Below, piece by piece: positions 1 to 11,085 of a DNA stretch of 48,026 nucleotides. Source of the stretch: Neoconidiobolus thromboides FSU 785 (lineage: Eukaryota; Fungi; Entomophthoromycota). Made by a program: the position numbers and the translations under genes. The DNA lies in contig MU626407.1 in assembly GCA_025603075.1 (NCBI GenBank), forward strand, positions 1-48,026, read 5' to 3'. The notes beneath the pieces were generated by a model, which did no database searches, was not told the DNA's origin, and saw only the letters and a program-made list of their open reading frames with translations. Position 1 is the stretch's first letter, and each line of letters opens with the position of its first letter.

Positions 1-65
1 TATTTAAGTTATTTTAAAGTATCTATTTTATCATTTTCATTTATCTTATTTTAGTATTTGTATTC

Positions 66-165
66 TATGGGGATGTTTTTTTGATTTTGTTACTTTTACA
101 TTTTTTAAGCACTATTTTAAGTGAAAAGGTTGTTAGTAAAATTCTTAAAAAATACATTCCCATAT
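66..165 (-). mobile_element. MITE-like ~105-bp element, family 1, copy 1 (reverse orientation)
   Basis: Begins TATGGGGATGTTTTTTTGA and ends AAATACATTCCCATAT; the interior is the reverse complement of the copy at 471-576. Confidence 0.8.
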
Positions 166-470
166 AATATTTTATACCATTTCATTTTTCTCAAAATCTT
201 CTCAATTTTATGTACCGTTACTTGTTATTTATGTGCTTATATGCTCTTTGCTTATATATATAAACTTGTATCATATAGTAGATCTGAACTTTCTCTTTAT
301 TAATCTTTCTCTTTTTAAGCTTTTTAAGATTAAACTTATAGTTGACCCTTTGGGCTATTATTATATTTGAAAAAGAATATCAATTACTATAGAAAAGATG
401 AAAATTTCCATTTGAGTTGCTTTATTATAAATTGGTGATTTTTTTGAGAGAGATGATCCAAATTACAATA

Positions 471-576
471 AATGGGGATGTATTTTTGTGTTTAAGAATT
501 TTACTAGCAAATTTTCCACTTAAATAGTGCTTAAAAAATGGAAAAAGTAATGAAGTTAAAAAAAACACTCCCAAAT
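471..576 (+). mobile_element. MITE-like element, family 1, copy 2
   Basis: AATGGGGATGTATTTTTGTGTTTAAGAATTTTACTAGC...GAAGTTAAAAAAAACACTCCCAAAT; imperfect ~18-bp terminal inverted repeats. Confidence 0.85.
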
Positions 577-847
577 AGCTTTTTTTCCATTTAATGCTAG
601 TTTAATAATATGAACATCATATAAACTTTTAACCCATGTATATTTAATAAAGTGTGTAACTTATTCTACTTTATAGCAAATTAATTCATTCTTTTATGTT
701 ACAAAAAATGCTGATGGGAATGCTTTATTTTAAATACTAGATATGAAGTTATTAATATAACCCTATTTCATAGAAAACTAGTTAATAGCTTATCTTAACT
801 TATTGATCTTTTGGATCCAGGTATTTTTATGCTTTAACTTAATTCAA

Positions 848-1111
848 TTGAGTAGGAGGCAACGAATAGGCAGATACTTGGTTTTTCACTATAATAAATC
901 CGCTATCTCAGATAGCGTTTAACAATAAAAAAAGGACAAAGTAGATTAAAAAATCAATTATGGTAAACTGTTGATAAGGTTGGTTTAGGATAGCTTATAT
1001 TTGGTTTAAGGTTTGAATTCCTATTTTAAATTTTACTGTCAATTTATTCTATACGAATTAATGCTTCATAAAATAAAACGCTCACCTGTCTATTCGTTAC
1101 CCCCTACTTAA
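848..1111. mobile_element. Small element bounded by 26-bp inverted repeats (putative MITE, family 2)
   Basis: 848-873 TTGAGTAGGAGGCAACGAATAGGCAG versus the reverse complement of 1086-1111 TTAAGTAGGGGGTAACGAATAGACAG: 22/26 identical, all mismatches transitions. No ORF inside. Confidence 0.55.
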
Positions 1112-1416
1112 ATAATTTGTAAATAGTTGACAAGATCCAACTTTCTTTTTTAATACTTACAATTATTCTAATGAGTTGGCTTATTTGACATATATACTAG
1201 TTAAGAGCTTTAAGTTATTTGTAATAAACTACCAGATATTATATTAATGTTGTGTTTTCATAAATGTAATATTGATCTAATATATTGTACATAATCTATT
1301 GAAGTTTTATAATTTAGGCTACATGCATTTCCTAAATATAAAGCTACAGCCACTTCAAATCGTAAAATATCCTTCAAATTCAATGAAATTTGAGATTGAT
1401 CAAAAATGTAATTAGC

Positions 1417-1516
1417 ATTTGAGGCTGTATTTTTGTGTTTAAAATTTTACTAACAATTTTCCGCTTGAATAGTGCTTAAATGAAAAAAATAATGAAGTCA
1501 AAAAAACACTCCAATT
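1417..1516 (+). mobile_element. MITE-like element, family 1, copy 3 (degenerate)
   Basis: GAGGCTGTATTTTTGTGTTTAAAATTTTACTAACAATTTTTCCGCTTGAATAGTGCTTAAA...GAAGTCAAAAAAACACTCC matches the family consensus. Confidence 0.75.
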
Positions 1517-1845
1517 TATTAGCTAGAAAATAAGGAAAAATATTATTTGCTAATATACATCATATAAAATATAAATATGAGTATGACAATTTTATTGAAT
1601 TATACTAAATAGACTGCTCTACTGAATATAGAATATACCAATTTATATAAACTAACTATATATAATTAATTTATAATCACAAGGTAATGAAATGCAAAAT
1701 GTTAATATATGAAATTAAAATCAATAAACAACTGTGTTTTAAAAAGATGAAATTATAGTATAAATAGTCTAAACTAAACTACAACATTGATTAAAATCCA
1801 ACAAAACATTATTTTGATAATAATAACAATCATTACTCATTTGAA

Positions 1846-2358
1846 ATGAAGTACTCTAATATAATTGCCCTCCTTCTTTCTGCCTCCATTGTTTCTGCTC
1901 ATAATGATTATAACGGTGGTAGAGATCCATATGAAAAAGACAGCCCATCAAAATCATGTAAGGATAAAACAGTAACTAAAACTGTTTGTTTAACAAAAAC
2001 TGTATCCGCTTGTCCTAATCCAATTCCAAGTAATATCTATGAAAATCCAGAAAGCGCTATTTTTAGAAAACATAAAAATAACCCAGGTAAAAATGGGATT
2101 AGACGTAAGAATGGTGATTATAAAGATCCATATGTAGAAGAGAAAGAAACAGACCCATACCATAAAACAAAGAAAGAAAAAGAGAAAGAGAAAGAAACAG
2201 ACCCATACCATAAAACAAAGAAAGAAAAAGAGAAAGAAACAAATCCGTACAAAGAAGAAGAAGGATATCCAAATGATAACTATAATGGTAAAGATAACAG
2301 ACCCAAAAACAACCCAAAGAACAAATCAAAGGATGAAAAGGCAAAGAAACAACATTAA
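1846..2358 (+). CDS. Secreted Lys/Glu/Tyr-rich protein A (170 aa), paralog of 3942-4412
   Basis: Signal peptide MKYSNIIALLLSASIVSA; CKDKTVTKTVCLTKTVSACPNPIP module; repeated DPY motifs; intronless; TATAAA at 1759-1764. Confidence 0.88.
   Translation: MKYSNIIALLLSASIVSAHNDYNGGRDPYEKDSPSKSCKDKTVTKTVCLTKTVSACPNPIPSNIYENPESAIFRKHKNNPGKNGIRRKNGDYKDPYVEEKETDPYHKTKKEKEKEKETDPYHKTKKEKEKETNPYKEEEGYPNDNYNGKDNRPKNNPKNKSKDEKAKKQH
2140..2250 (+). repeat. Coding tandem repeat (EKETDPYHKTKKEK, about 2.5 copies)
   Basis: GAGAAAGAAACAGACCCATACCATAAAACAAAGAAAGAAAAA occurs twice exactly, followed by a third partial variant. Confidence 0.85.
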
Positions 2359-2665
2359 TATGAGTAATTGATAACATGAAGATTAAAGATTGAAAAGAAT
2401 TTGATATTTTTTTGTCTTTGGTTTAATAAATTTGTTGAATTTATAAAAAAAATTACTTTTATATTTCTACATTCTTATATTTTTAAAGATAAATTCATTA
2501 CAACTTGATTGTTAAAAAAATTAGTATATAACTTAAAAATAGTACAATATTAACATATGAATCATTCATAATAACTATATATCCTTTGGTTAAATTTTAT
2601 TTAATAGTATAATAGTTGATATTTAATTTTTTTATAATTTCATACAATCTTATATAAGTAATAAC

Positions 2666-2773
2666 ATACGGGGATATATTCTTATGTTTAAGAATTTTAC
2701 TAACAAGTTTTCCATTCAAATAGTGCTTAAAAGATACAAAAAGTAATGAAGCCAAAAAAAAACAGCCCCATAT
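2666..2773 (+). mobile_element. MITE-like element, family 1, copy 4, fused tail-to-tail to an inverted end fragment (2770-2800)
   Basis: ATACGGGGATATATTCTTATGTTTAAGAATTTTACTAAC...CAGCCCCATAT runs directly into GGTGGTGTTTTTTTTGGTTTCATCACT, a reversed right end sharing the ATAT. Confidence 0.8.
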
Positions 2774-3941
2774 GGTGGTGTTTTTTTTGGTTTCATCACT
2801 AGAATCAGTAAATTATGAAAACGGTGATATGTTATTTAATATCTTGAATTCATTTACTTATTAAAGTTTAAATTTGCTTTATTACTTGTAATTACTTTGT
2901 TTTCAGTATCACTATTGGAACGTTTTAAATTATCTGATTCACACTTCTTTTAACATTGACTATTAGACGCTTTTATACATTTATTACCTTTTCGCATACA
3001 CGTGAACTATCTACTCTTATCATACAAAACTATTACTAGAAAAAACTTTGTTCTTTCTTACTGCTTCCACTACTCTTTTTTCATGCAAACAAATTTGTAT
3101 GAAGTGGAGTTAGTCTATTTATTTCATTTTTATGCTTCAAACCCAATCAAGCGATTAGTATTTTTTCGAAATTTATATTAATTTCAATACCTTTAAAGAC
3201 ATTTAATAAACTAACCTTCAGCTTTTTTCCCTTAGAAATAATAGTTAGGAACTTTCACTTTTGAGATGTATTATAAAAACTTAATGTGTACAAAAGAAAA
3301 TAAATGGATTAGTAGTAAAACAAAAAGACAAAAATAATCTAATATTAACTAACTATACATGCCTTTGGCTTTTAATAACTGTCTATTTTAACAATTTTGT
3401 TCATTATATACATACATATATTATATGAACCAATTTTTTTATTAAATTTATAAATAGTAATTAATTTAAATAATGTTATATTTAAAGTAGTTTGTATTTT
3501 ACGAAAATCGTATATCTACTTTTAGAATGCATATGTCCAAGATACTATTTATTGAATTAGCAACAGAACCTTAGGAACTGATTAATAAGGTAGATGTACT
3601 TCCTTTAAGTATAAAACATAAAATGCACTTCAAATTAACAATCAACACCATATTACATTTATTGATTTTAAAATTAATAACATTACTAATATATCTTCAA
3701 CATTTTTGTTAATTTGTACTAAATAAATTACATTGTTAAATATGCAATATAAACACGTATTGAAATTAATTACATTAATTAATTTATAATTAATAAAATA
3801 GAAAAATACATTTTGATCTTTCAATATTATAATAAATGAAACTAATACTAATAGAAGTATAAAAACATTAAAACCAATCGTTAAACAATTTGTAAATCGA
3901 TAAGACATTATTTTGATAATAATAATAACTATTCATTTGAT

Positions 3942-4412
3942 ATGAAGTATTTTAATATAGTTGCTCTCCTTCTTTCTGTTTCCGTTGTTTCTGCTTACAA
4001 CGATTATAACGGTGGTAAAGAACCATATAAACAAGAAAAACCATGTGATGATAAAACAGTAACTAAAACTGTTTGCGTAACCAAAACTTTATCTGCTTGT
4101 CCCAATCCTATTCCAACTGATCCAACTAAGAACTTAAAGACTTTACCATACGAACGTCCAAAGGATATGATTTACAGAAAACATGGGAATAAGCCTAGTA
4201 AAAATGAAGTTAGGAAAGAAAGTGGTAAAAAACAACAAGCTCAAGAATTACATATGAAAAATCCAAAACATAAGTCAAAGTACCCACTAAAAGAAGATAG
4301 AATTATTGTTGATGAACATCAATATAATAACAGGAAAAATAAATCTAATAAGGGATTAAGATATAAACCTATTGATAGAAGACCAAGAAAGCAACACAAT
4401 GAAGAAGAATGA
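3942..4412 (+). CDS. Secreted Lys-rich protein B (156 aa), paralog of 1846-2358
   Basis: Signal peptide MKYFNIVALLLSVSVVSA; CDDKTVTKTVCVTKTLSACPNPIP; ~40 nt of 5' flank (ACATTATTTTGATAATAATAAC...CATTTGA) shared with gene A. Confidence 0.88.
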   Translation: MKYFNIVALLLSVSVVSAYNDYNGGKEPYKQEKPCDDKTVTKTVCVTKTLSACPNPIPTDPTKNLKTLPYERPKDMIYRKHGNKPSKNEVRKESGKKQQAQELHMKNPKHKSKYPLKEDRIIVDEHQYNNRKNKSNKGLRYKPIDRRPRKQHNEEE

Positions 4413-4774
4413 TTTTTATTAAATTAATCTGAGAAATTAAAAATAACTTGTTGTTTCTAACTTTCTTTTATAATAAAATTCATTGTACTCGTAAAATCTT
4501 AATATTTTAAACATGAAATTATTTTGAAATTTATTGAAGTATTTGATTATTTAATCTTATAAAAGCTCTAATAATTACTAAAAATTATTAGTGTAAAATA
4601 TAGTTCAAAAACCATTACAATTGGTAACTCATAAATACTAACATGTATACTTTATCGTAATAACATTTTATTTTTAATATGAAAAATTATCTTATATAAA
4701 AGAAGGTATCTTATCTAGAGAAAAATAGAAAAGTAATGAAACCATTTCCAGATATGTAGAATTACTTGAAAAAT

Positions 4775-4856
4775 CGACACCTGCAGGATTTGAACCTGCG
4801 CGGGGAAACCCCATGAGCTTTCTAGGCTCACGCCTTAACCGCTCGGCCAAAGTGTC
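4775..4856 (-). tRNA. tRNA-Ser(AGA), copy 1
   Basis: Minus strand folds as acceptor GACACTT/AGGTGTC, anticodon arm TGAGC-CTAGAAA-GCTCA, long variable arm GGGG-TTT-CCCC, T arm GCAGG-TTCAAAT-CCTGC; T-run terminator follows. Confidence 0.96.
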
Positions 4857-5401
4857 TTATTGCATATACTCAATATTAAGCAATTATATTTAATTGTATA
4901 ATATTAACACAATTATTGATGGAAGTTACTTTGACTTAGTAGCCTTTTGTTATTGTTTCTATAATCCAGATATATATTTCATTATAGATTATGTTGATGC
5001 TTTAAGTAATTCATACCAATATCTTTGAAATAATAATATATTACTAAGGACCTTATTAATTTCATTCAAAATTGTTGATGTTTTCTTATAAATGATGTGA
5101 AATATAGTTAAACTTTAAAAGTACTATAAATAGTTAACAAAGTCTAAATCTATCAAGTTTTAGCATTGAACTATATTAATAACAATTCTAATATCTTATT
5201 AAACAAACTATTGTTTATAGCAAAATATTTATTAAAATTTAGCATTTATACAATTCATCACAAAAAAATTTAAATTGTGTAACTTACAAAAAATAATAAA
5301 ATTAATGAATTATAAACTTAAAAATATAATTTCATTACTAACAATTAATAAATTTAATAACAGTAGAAAGTAAAATTCAAGAAGCAACTAACGGATTATA
5401 T

Positions 5402-5854
5402 CTAATAATCAAACTCATCTACATTATCGCTCAACTTTCTATATTGGTTATTACCTTGATTATAGTCTTCGTTGCCTTGGTTATAATCATTACCGTCTTG
5501 ACTATAATCCTCTTCATTTGAATTATAATCCCCATACTCCGGGTTAATTTCTGGAACAGTAACTTCACTTTCATAAGGTAAAATATGCATTGTTTCAGTA
5601 GGGCAAATAGAGATAGTAGAAGTTGAATAAGTTTCCACAACGGTAGTTTGAGTCACGGTAGTAGGTATATCTTGACTACAAGTTGGTGTATTTCCTGATG
5701 TTACAGTTACGGTTACAGTACTTGGCGAAGGTTTGTTTCCGCCAACTGTTTTGGTCACCCATTTAGTTTTTGTTTTACATTTATCTTTAGGTTTACCATG
5801 GCCCATGACGAGGCTTAGTCCTGCTATTGCTAATATCAATTGATTCAATTTCAT
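5402..5854 (-). CDS. Secreted Thr/Val-rich protein C with acidic DYNQGN repeats (150 aa)
   Basis: Signal peptide MKLNQLILAIAGLSLVMG; HGKPKDKCKTKTKWVTKTV; three Cys; C-terminal 7-aa repeats EDYSQDG/NDYNQGN/EDYNQGN. Confidence 0.85.
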   Translation of the reverse strand: MKLNQLILAIAGLSLVMGHGKPKDKCKTKTKWVTKTVGGNKPSPSTVTVTVTSGNTPTCSQDIPTTVTQTTVVETYSTSTISICPTETMHILPYESEVTVPEINPEYGDYNSNEEDYSQDGNDYNQGNEDYNQGNNQYRKLSDNVDEFDY

Positions 5855-6419
5855 CCCGGATGAGTTTTTATGTTAGTTTATTTAAAGTTAATGTTGAAAG
5901 GCTCATTAGCTGTCTTTTTATACTTAATTGAAGTGTTGGTTAATTTATGGATTTATTTAGTAATAGCACAGATAGCTTTAATTTATTAATCAATTAAAGA
6001 ATTTTTTCTTATAAATACAATTATTGAATGTTCTATAACCCTAATTGTGTTAAATTTATTTGAAATAAATCAATTTTACATAAATCGTAATTGTATTAAG
6101 TTGAAGTAATTATTAAATTATGTATATCAACTTTTTTTAATTTGCTTTATTGAATTTTTTAATAAATTATTTATACATAAAGAAGTTTATTAATTATCAA
6201 TTTATCTATAAATTACAAATATTAAATTTATCAATACTAATCAATTTACATATTTAAAAATAGTAATCATATATTCAACTACAATAAGTTTAAGGCAATG
6301 GAAATATTAAATATAAAGAATTAAAGTGAATGAATAAATTAAATGTTAGATAAAGTAGTGTTTTTATTAAGACTTAAATTATGGTTTCATTAAAAAATCT
6401 GGTAGAAAATAATAATTGA

Positions 6420-6501
6420 CGACACCTGCAGGATTTGAACCTGCGCGGGGAAACCCCATGAGCTTTCTAGGCTCACGCCTTAACCGCTCGGCCAAAGTGT
6501 C
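6420..6501 (-). tRNA. tRNA-Ser(AGA), copy 2
   Basis: Sequence identical to 4775-4856; flanks are unrelated. Confidence 0.96.
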
Positions 6502-7227
6502 CCTTATATTGGGGGTGATAGTTAATCTTATTTAAACTCTTTATTGCAAGTGACGAATGGTAGGTTAACATCCTTATATCTGTTTTGAAGCTTAATAATT
6601 CTCTCAGTTTATATTATAGTTTATATTATAGTTTATATAAACGATATTTTAGTACCGTTATTCTTTAGAATCAGTATGTATATAAAAATGTCACTTTTGA
6701 AGCATTTGTCCAGACTGTACTTCGTTGAAAATTTATCTTAGAGTAAACTCAAACTTTATAAAATCAATACTTGTTTAATAGATCATACTAAACTATTTTA
6801 AAATACAAAAACTTCCCAAGAAAATAAACTCTACTATTTATATTAGAGTTTTGTTTTACAATACATTAGTGTAATAATAACCTTGTTAATTAAATTATTA
6901 AGCTTTAATCATAAATACATTTGTAAAAATACTAGGAACATTTGAAATTAAAAATTATTAGGTTATTATTTCTTTTTCCCATTAACAATTTTATAAATAC
7001 AGTGCAATGAAATTATGCGATCTATTTTATAAATAATAACTCAATATTGTTCAATTAATTAAAATTTTATACATTACTAAAATATACAAAAATGACTGTA
7101 TTTACCATATAAATCCGTAGAAATTCTTTAAAACATTAGTTTGAAAAATATATAAATAGAACACATCAATAATATTTTGAAAATTAATTTTAATATCTAA
7201 ATACATCAAAAAGTATATTCATTTGAC

Positions 7228-8538
7228 ATGAAATACCAAAATCTAATTCCTTTATTACTCGCTTTGACTAGTGTAAGTGCCCATAATAAACCAAAAGAGT
7301 GCAAAAAAACGGTTACAAAAACTAAGACCGTTACTTCAGATGACTATGGATATGGTGACGATTATGGATATGGTGACGATTACGGGTATGGAGAACCGGT
7401 AACTGTAACTATAACTGAAACTCCAGCTCAAGACGCTATTTGTACAGGGAGCTATGGAAGTGAAGGAAACGGGAACTATGGAGATAATGGAAACGTTATC
7501 ACTGTTACGCAAACCAGTATAAAGCAAGTAGTTCGTACTGAAACGGCTTCTTATTGTACTGGAACTGAAAGTAAGTCAAGTGTTACTACATCAAGTACTC
7601 CATACACTGAGCCACAAACTCCATCTGGTGAAACAACCCCTGTTCAAACCGACATTACCACTAAGCCTAAGCCAACGGTTGTAACTGAAAGCCAACCATC
7701 AGTATCAAAAATCACAACTACAAGTAACGATTCAAAGCATTCCACAAATCCTTCACCAGAATATACTGATGGATATGATACTAATACACCTGCTGAGTCA
7801 AGTACTCCAGCTGATGAATATTATATTCCACCTGAGGAGTCTTATAATCCACCTGAAGAATCTAATACTACACCTACTAAGCCCAATACCCCATCTACAG
7901 AACCCAGTACTCCACCTGTGAAAAGCTCCACCCTACCATCAGGATCTACTGAGGTATACGATTCAAAGGTTCCAAACACCCAAACAACTGTTAGCGAAAA
8001 TTTACCAACTAGTTCCACCACCTCATCATGCTCAACTTCTACTAGCAGTAATTCTCCAAATAACTCTAGCACTTCATGTTCAACAACCTCCAGCGGAAAT
8101 GTACCAACTAGCTCCAGTACTTCTTGCACAACTACCCCTAGTGGAAATGTACCAACTAGCTCCAGTACTTCTTGCACAACTACCCCTAGTGGAAATGTAC
8201 CAACTAGCTCCAGTACTTCTTGCACAACTACTCCTAGTGGAAATGTACCAACTAATTCTAGTACCTCTTGTACAACCACCCCTAGTGGGAACTTATCAAT
8301 TAGTTCTAGCACCACTCCGTGCTCAACTTCAACCGCTACTGTTATCACTGGTGTGCCATCTTCCAACTTACCTATTAGCTCCTCTTCATGTACTACAAAA
8401 ACTACTGGTATTAACACTATTCCAAGTTCATCACCTTCTGAAAGCACTCAGCCTGAATATCGTAAAAACAACCAAGGTGGTAAACCGTATGACCCAGCTT
8501 GGATTAAAAATTATCTTAAAGCTGCCTTCCTCAATTGA
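7228..8538 (+). CDS. Secreted Ser/Thr/Pro-rich mucin-like protein D (436 aa), related to protein C
   Basis: Signal peptide MKYQNLIPLLLALTSVSA; HNKPKECKKTVTKTKTVT; (DDYGYG)x3; 15-aa Cys-containing repeats; no hydrophobic GPI-type tail. Confidence 0.9.
   Translation: MKYQNLIPLLLALTSVSAHNKPKECKKTVTKTKTVTSDDYGYGDDYGYGDDYGYGEPVTVTITETPAQDAICTGSYGSEGNGNYGDNGNVITVTQTSIKQVVRTETASYCTGTESKSSVTTSSTPYTEPQTPSGETTPVQTDITTKPKPTVVTESQPSVSKITTTSNDSKHSTNPSPEYTDGYDTNTPAESSTPADEYYIPPEESYNPPEESNTTPTKPNTPSTEPSTPPVKSSTLPSGSTEVYDSKVPNTQTTVSENLPTSSTTSSCSTSTSSNSPNNSSTSCSTTSSGNVPTSSSTSCTTTPSGNVPTSSSTSCTTTPSGNVPTSSSTSCTTTPSGNVPTNSSTSCTTTPSGNLSISSSTTPCSTSTATVITGVPSSNLPISSSSCTTKTTGINTIPSSSPSESTQPEYRKNNQGGKPYDPAWIKNYLKAAFLN
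7339..7392 (+). repeat. 18-bp coding tandem repeat x3 (DDYGYG)
   Basis: GATGACTATGGATATGGT GACGATTATGGATATGGT GACGATTACGGGTATGGA. Confidence 0.85.
8083..8310 (+). repeat. 45-bp coding tandem repeat, about 5 copies (TTPSGNVPTSSSTSC)
   Basis: Near-identical units of CCTAGTGGAAATGTACCAACTAGCTCCAGTACTTCTTGCACAACTAC. Confidence 0.9.
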
Positions 8539-9554
8539 TGATTTAGTTATTTAATATATAAAAATAAAGCATTGGTCTTTATATTGTTTTTATTTTTTTT
8601 AAATTTACTGTACTAATCTAGTAGTTTATAACTTGACATATGGCTGGATAATGATAAAAAATACTAAATGCTTTAAAATAAGATGATACCTGGTTTGATA
8701 ATACAAAACAAAGCTTTAATTACTTGCTTATAGTAACTTTAGTACATTTGTATTCATTAATACTATTTATTATTTAAAAAAACATTGAGATATTACACGT
8801 TTAAATGGTTTGCTATTAATGAGGTTAATCTAAGAAAGGAAAACTTAATCTAAAGTATTTAATTTGAAACTATATTATCTTTAGCTCTAATTAATGTTTT
8901 TAGGGCATATACAGCTTATTAGACACGGTTAATCATTGTAATTGAAGTACATCATATCTTTTAGATAACACTTCTAAAGTATAATTTAACCTAAGTAAAA
9001 ACAAAGCTATATCGAGTAAAGCTAAAACCCCAATTGGTAATAAACAAAATTTAACACTAACAATTTCTAAATACATAAAACCAAGGTCTCTATTGTAATA
9101 CCTGAAACAACCCCTATACCTTTTAATTTATTCATGCCTCTAAGTAAATTATTAATAAGGGAGACTTAGATGTAAAGAGGTTAAATATGTTCTTTCCTTT
9201 GAAAATATTTCTAACAAAATACTTATGTTTATAGTTCTAATAAATTCTCATTATTCCATAAACAATAATTTTTGGATAAAAATCATTAAGTTTGAATAAT
9301 ACTCATCAACTGTAGACATTAAACATTATATTTACAAAAATAGTCGTTTTAATTTTAAAAGCCCAATATAAACCTTAATATTGAAAGTTTAATTGCTTGT
9401 CTTAGAGACATGGTTATATTGCATAGGATAAGAATTTAAAAATAAACTTAATCATCAGATATAACCAGGGTATAAAGAACACTTGTTTTAAATGGCAAAG
9501 AAACACTAAAGGTATATCAGAATTACCTTGAATTTAAAAAGTACTAAAAACGAT

Positions 9555-9626
9555 CTTCCTCACGGGGAATCGAACCCCGGCCGTTCCGGTGAAAGCGGAA
9601 AATCCTAACCACTGGACCATGAAGAA
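9555..9626 (-). tRNA. tRNA-Glu(TTC), copy 1
   Basis: Acceptor TTCTTCA/TGAGGAA, anticodon arm TTCCG-CTTTCAC-CGGAA, T arm CGGGG-TTCGATT-CCCCG; 72 nt; identical to 24428-24499. Confidence 0.96.
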
Positions 9627-10270
9627 TTCATTATGTTTAAATTGTAATTAATATTATTTATTGTACTTTTATTACTAACTTTTAGTTTAAGTCTAATTAG
9701 CCTCTTGATTGGCAGACCAGTTTGTTTGGTGCTTTTTGACCTTTGCTTTTTATTTAAAATATCAATTGTTTTTCATCAATAAACATTTAGGAAAGATATT
9801 GCTTAATTAAGTGTAATGTAGTCAGATAAATAATCGACATAAAATCTATACTCATTTACTCTTTAATTTGAGTTTATTTTACCAATGATACTGATTTTTA
9901 GGATATTTTACAGCAGCAGTCCTGTTTTGCGACCTTTGCTATATTTAAGAAATGAGTTATGGTGAAATTCAGCTAAAATATAAGGACTGGCTATTAAAGA
10001 ATATCATGAGAATAATTTAACTATGAAAATCACTACTAAAAGAGCTACAAAAAAGTTGCAAAGTTATAAAACTCAAGTTTTTCATTTTATGTTTTAAACA
10101 AATTAAATAATGAATTAATCTTAAATTACAGTTGTTATTTATTCTAAACCATTAGAAAGAATTTGTAAATGTTTAATTTTTAGAACTTATAACTGGTCAT
10201 GATCTCAACTATTATTATAAACCGAGATAATTCCAAATATCTTTAGCTTTAAATTGATTTAGAAGCTATA

Positions 10271-10479
10271 TAGCATTTTCGAAATAATTGAGTCAAAAAC
10301 CAAGCACGTTTTAAGTTCAAATTCGCACTTCTTAAATGGCTACTTGAAAATAAACCTTTGGATTTTAAGCCAAAATAATAGAGCAGAAAAAACTATTATT
10401 TTTAAATAAGCGTTTAAGAAATGTAAATTTGGGCTTAAAGCGCGCTTAGTTTTTGACTCAATTATTTCGAAAAATACTG
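10271..10479. mobile_element. Fold-back/MITE element with ~80-bp terminal inverted repeats, Tc1/mariner-like ends (family 3)
   Basis: Left arm TTTCGAAATAATTGAGTCAAAAACCAAGCACG... matches the reverse complement of the right arm ...CGCGCTTAGTTTTTGACTCAATTATTTCGAAA. The right end reads TA|CAGTA on the minus strand, and TA flanks both sides. Confidence 0.7.
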
Positions 10480-11085
10480 TAGTTAAGAATTATTTTGATG
10501 AGTCAATATTAAATAATAAAAATCGCTACTTAAGACTAGAATTAATGAATATACTTTTTCACTAGATCGCTACTATAATATAAAAGGATCTGTATGCTTG
10601 AAGAACACTTGATTAAAGATATGTTTTAGAAAAATAACTACATTTGAACAAATAAAATTATTAAAATGACTACAATAAGAATAAAAAGGGGCAGTTAAAA
10701 GTCAAAGAAATTAATCGGTATCACTCTATGCTTTTTCATTTAAATATTCATTTTAAAATAGTCTCATTTAATATTTTTAGCCGCTTATTAAAAAACAATT
10801 GATTGTTGCTTTTTAAAAAGCTTTACACTACTCCTAGCAGTTTTACTATAAATAACAAAAAACATATTTGCCTTTCAAGCCAAAAAGTAATTAAACAAAG
10901 ATGAAGGCTTGCTTTTCAAAGATCATGTAAGCCTTTTGGTAAAAGAAGATCTTTGAACAAGCTAAAAATAACTTTGATGCATCTAAGGTTGCATTTTAAA
11001 AATAGCAAAGGTAGGAAAATATCGATAAAAGAAGGTATAAAAAAGCAAGATCGGAATTAAAAGCTAATACGTAAAAAATCGAACT

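Noticed and set aside
121-303. 60-aa ORF on the + strand
   Set aside because: Starts at GTG inside MITE copy 1, AT-rich, no recognisable features; likely a chance ORF.
1990-2377. Two hydrophobic antisense ORFs (1990-2211, 2099-2377)
   Set aside because: Antisense shadows of the Lys/Glu repeat in gene A.
3642-3908. 88-aa minus-strand ORF
   Set aside because: Ile/Asn/Phe-rich translation of AT-rich promoter DNA upstream of gene B; no motif.
7842-8554. Repetitive ORFs 7842-8447 (-) and 8099-8554 (+)
   Set aside because: Alternative-frame products of the 45-bp repeat in gene D; no ATG context or signal peptide evidence.
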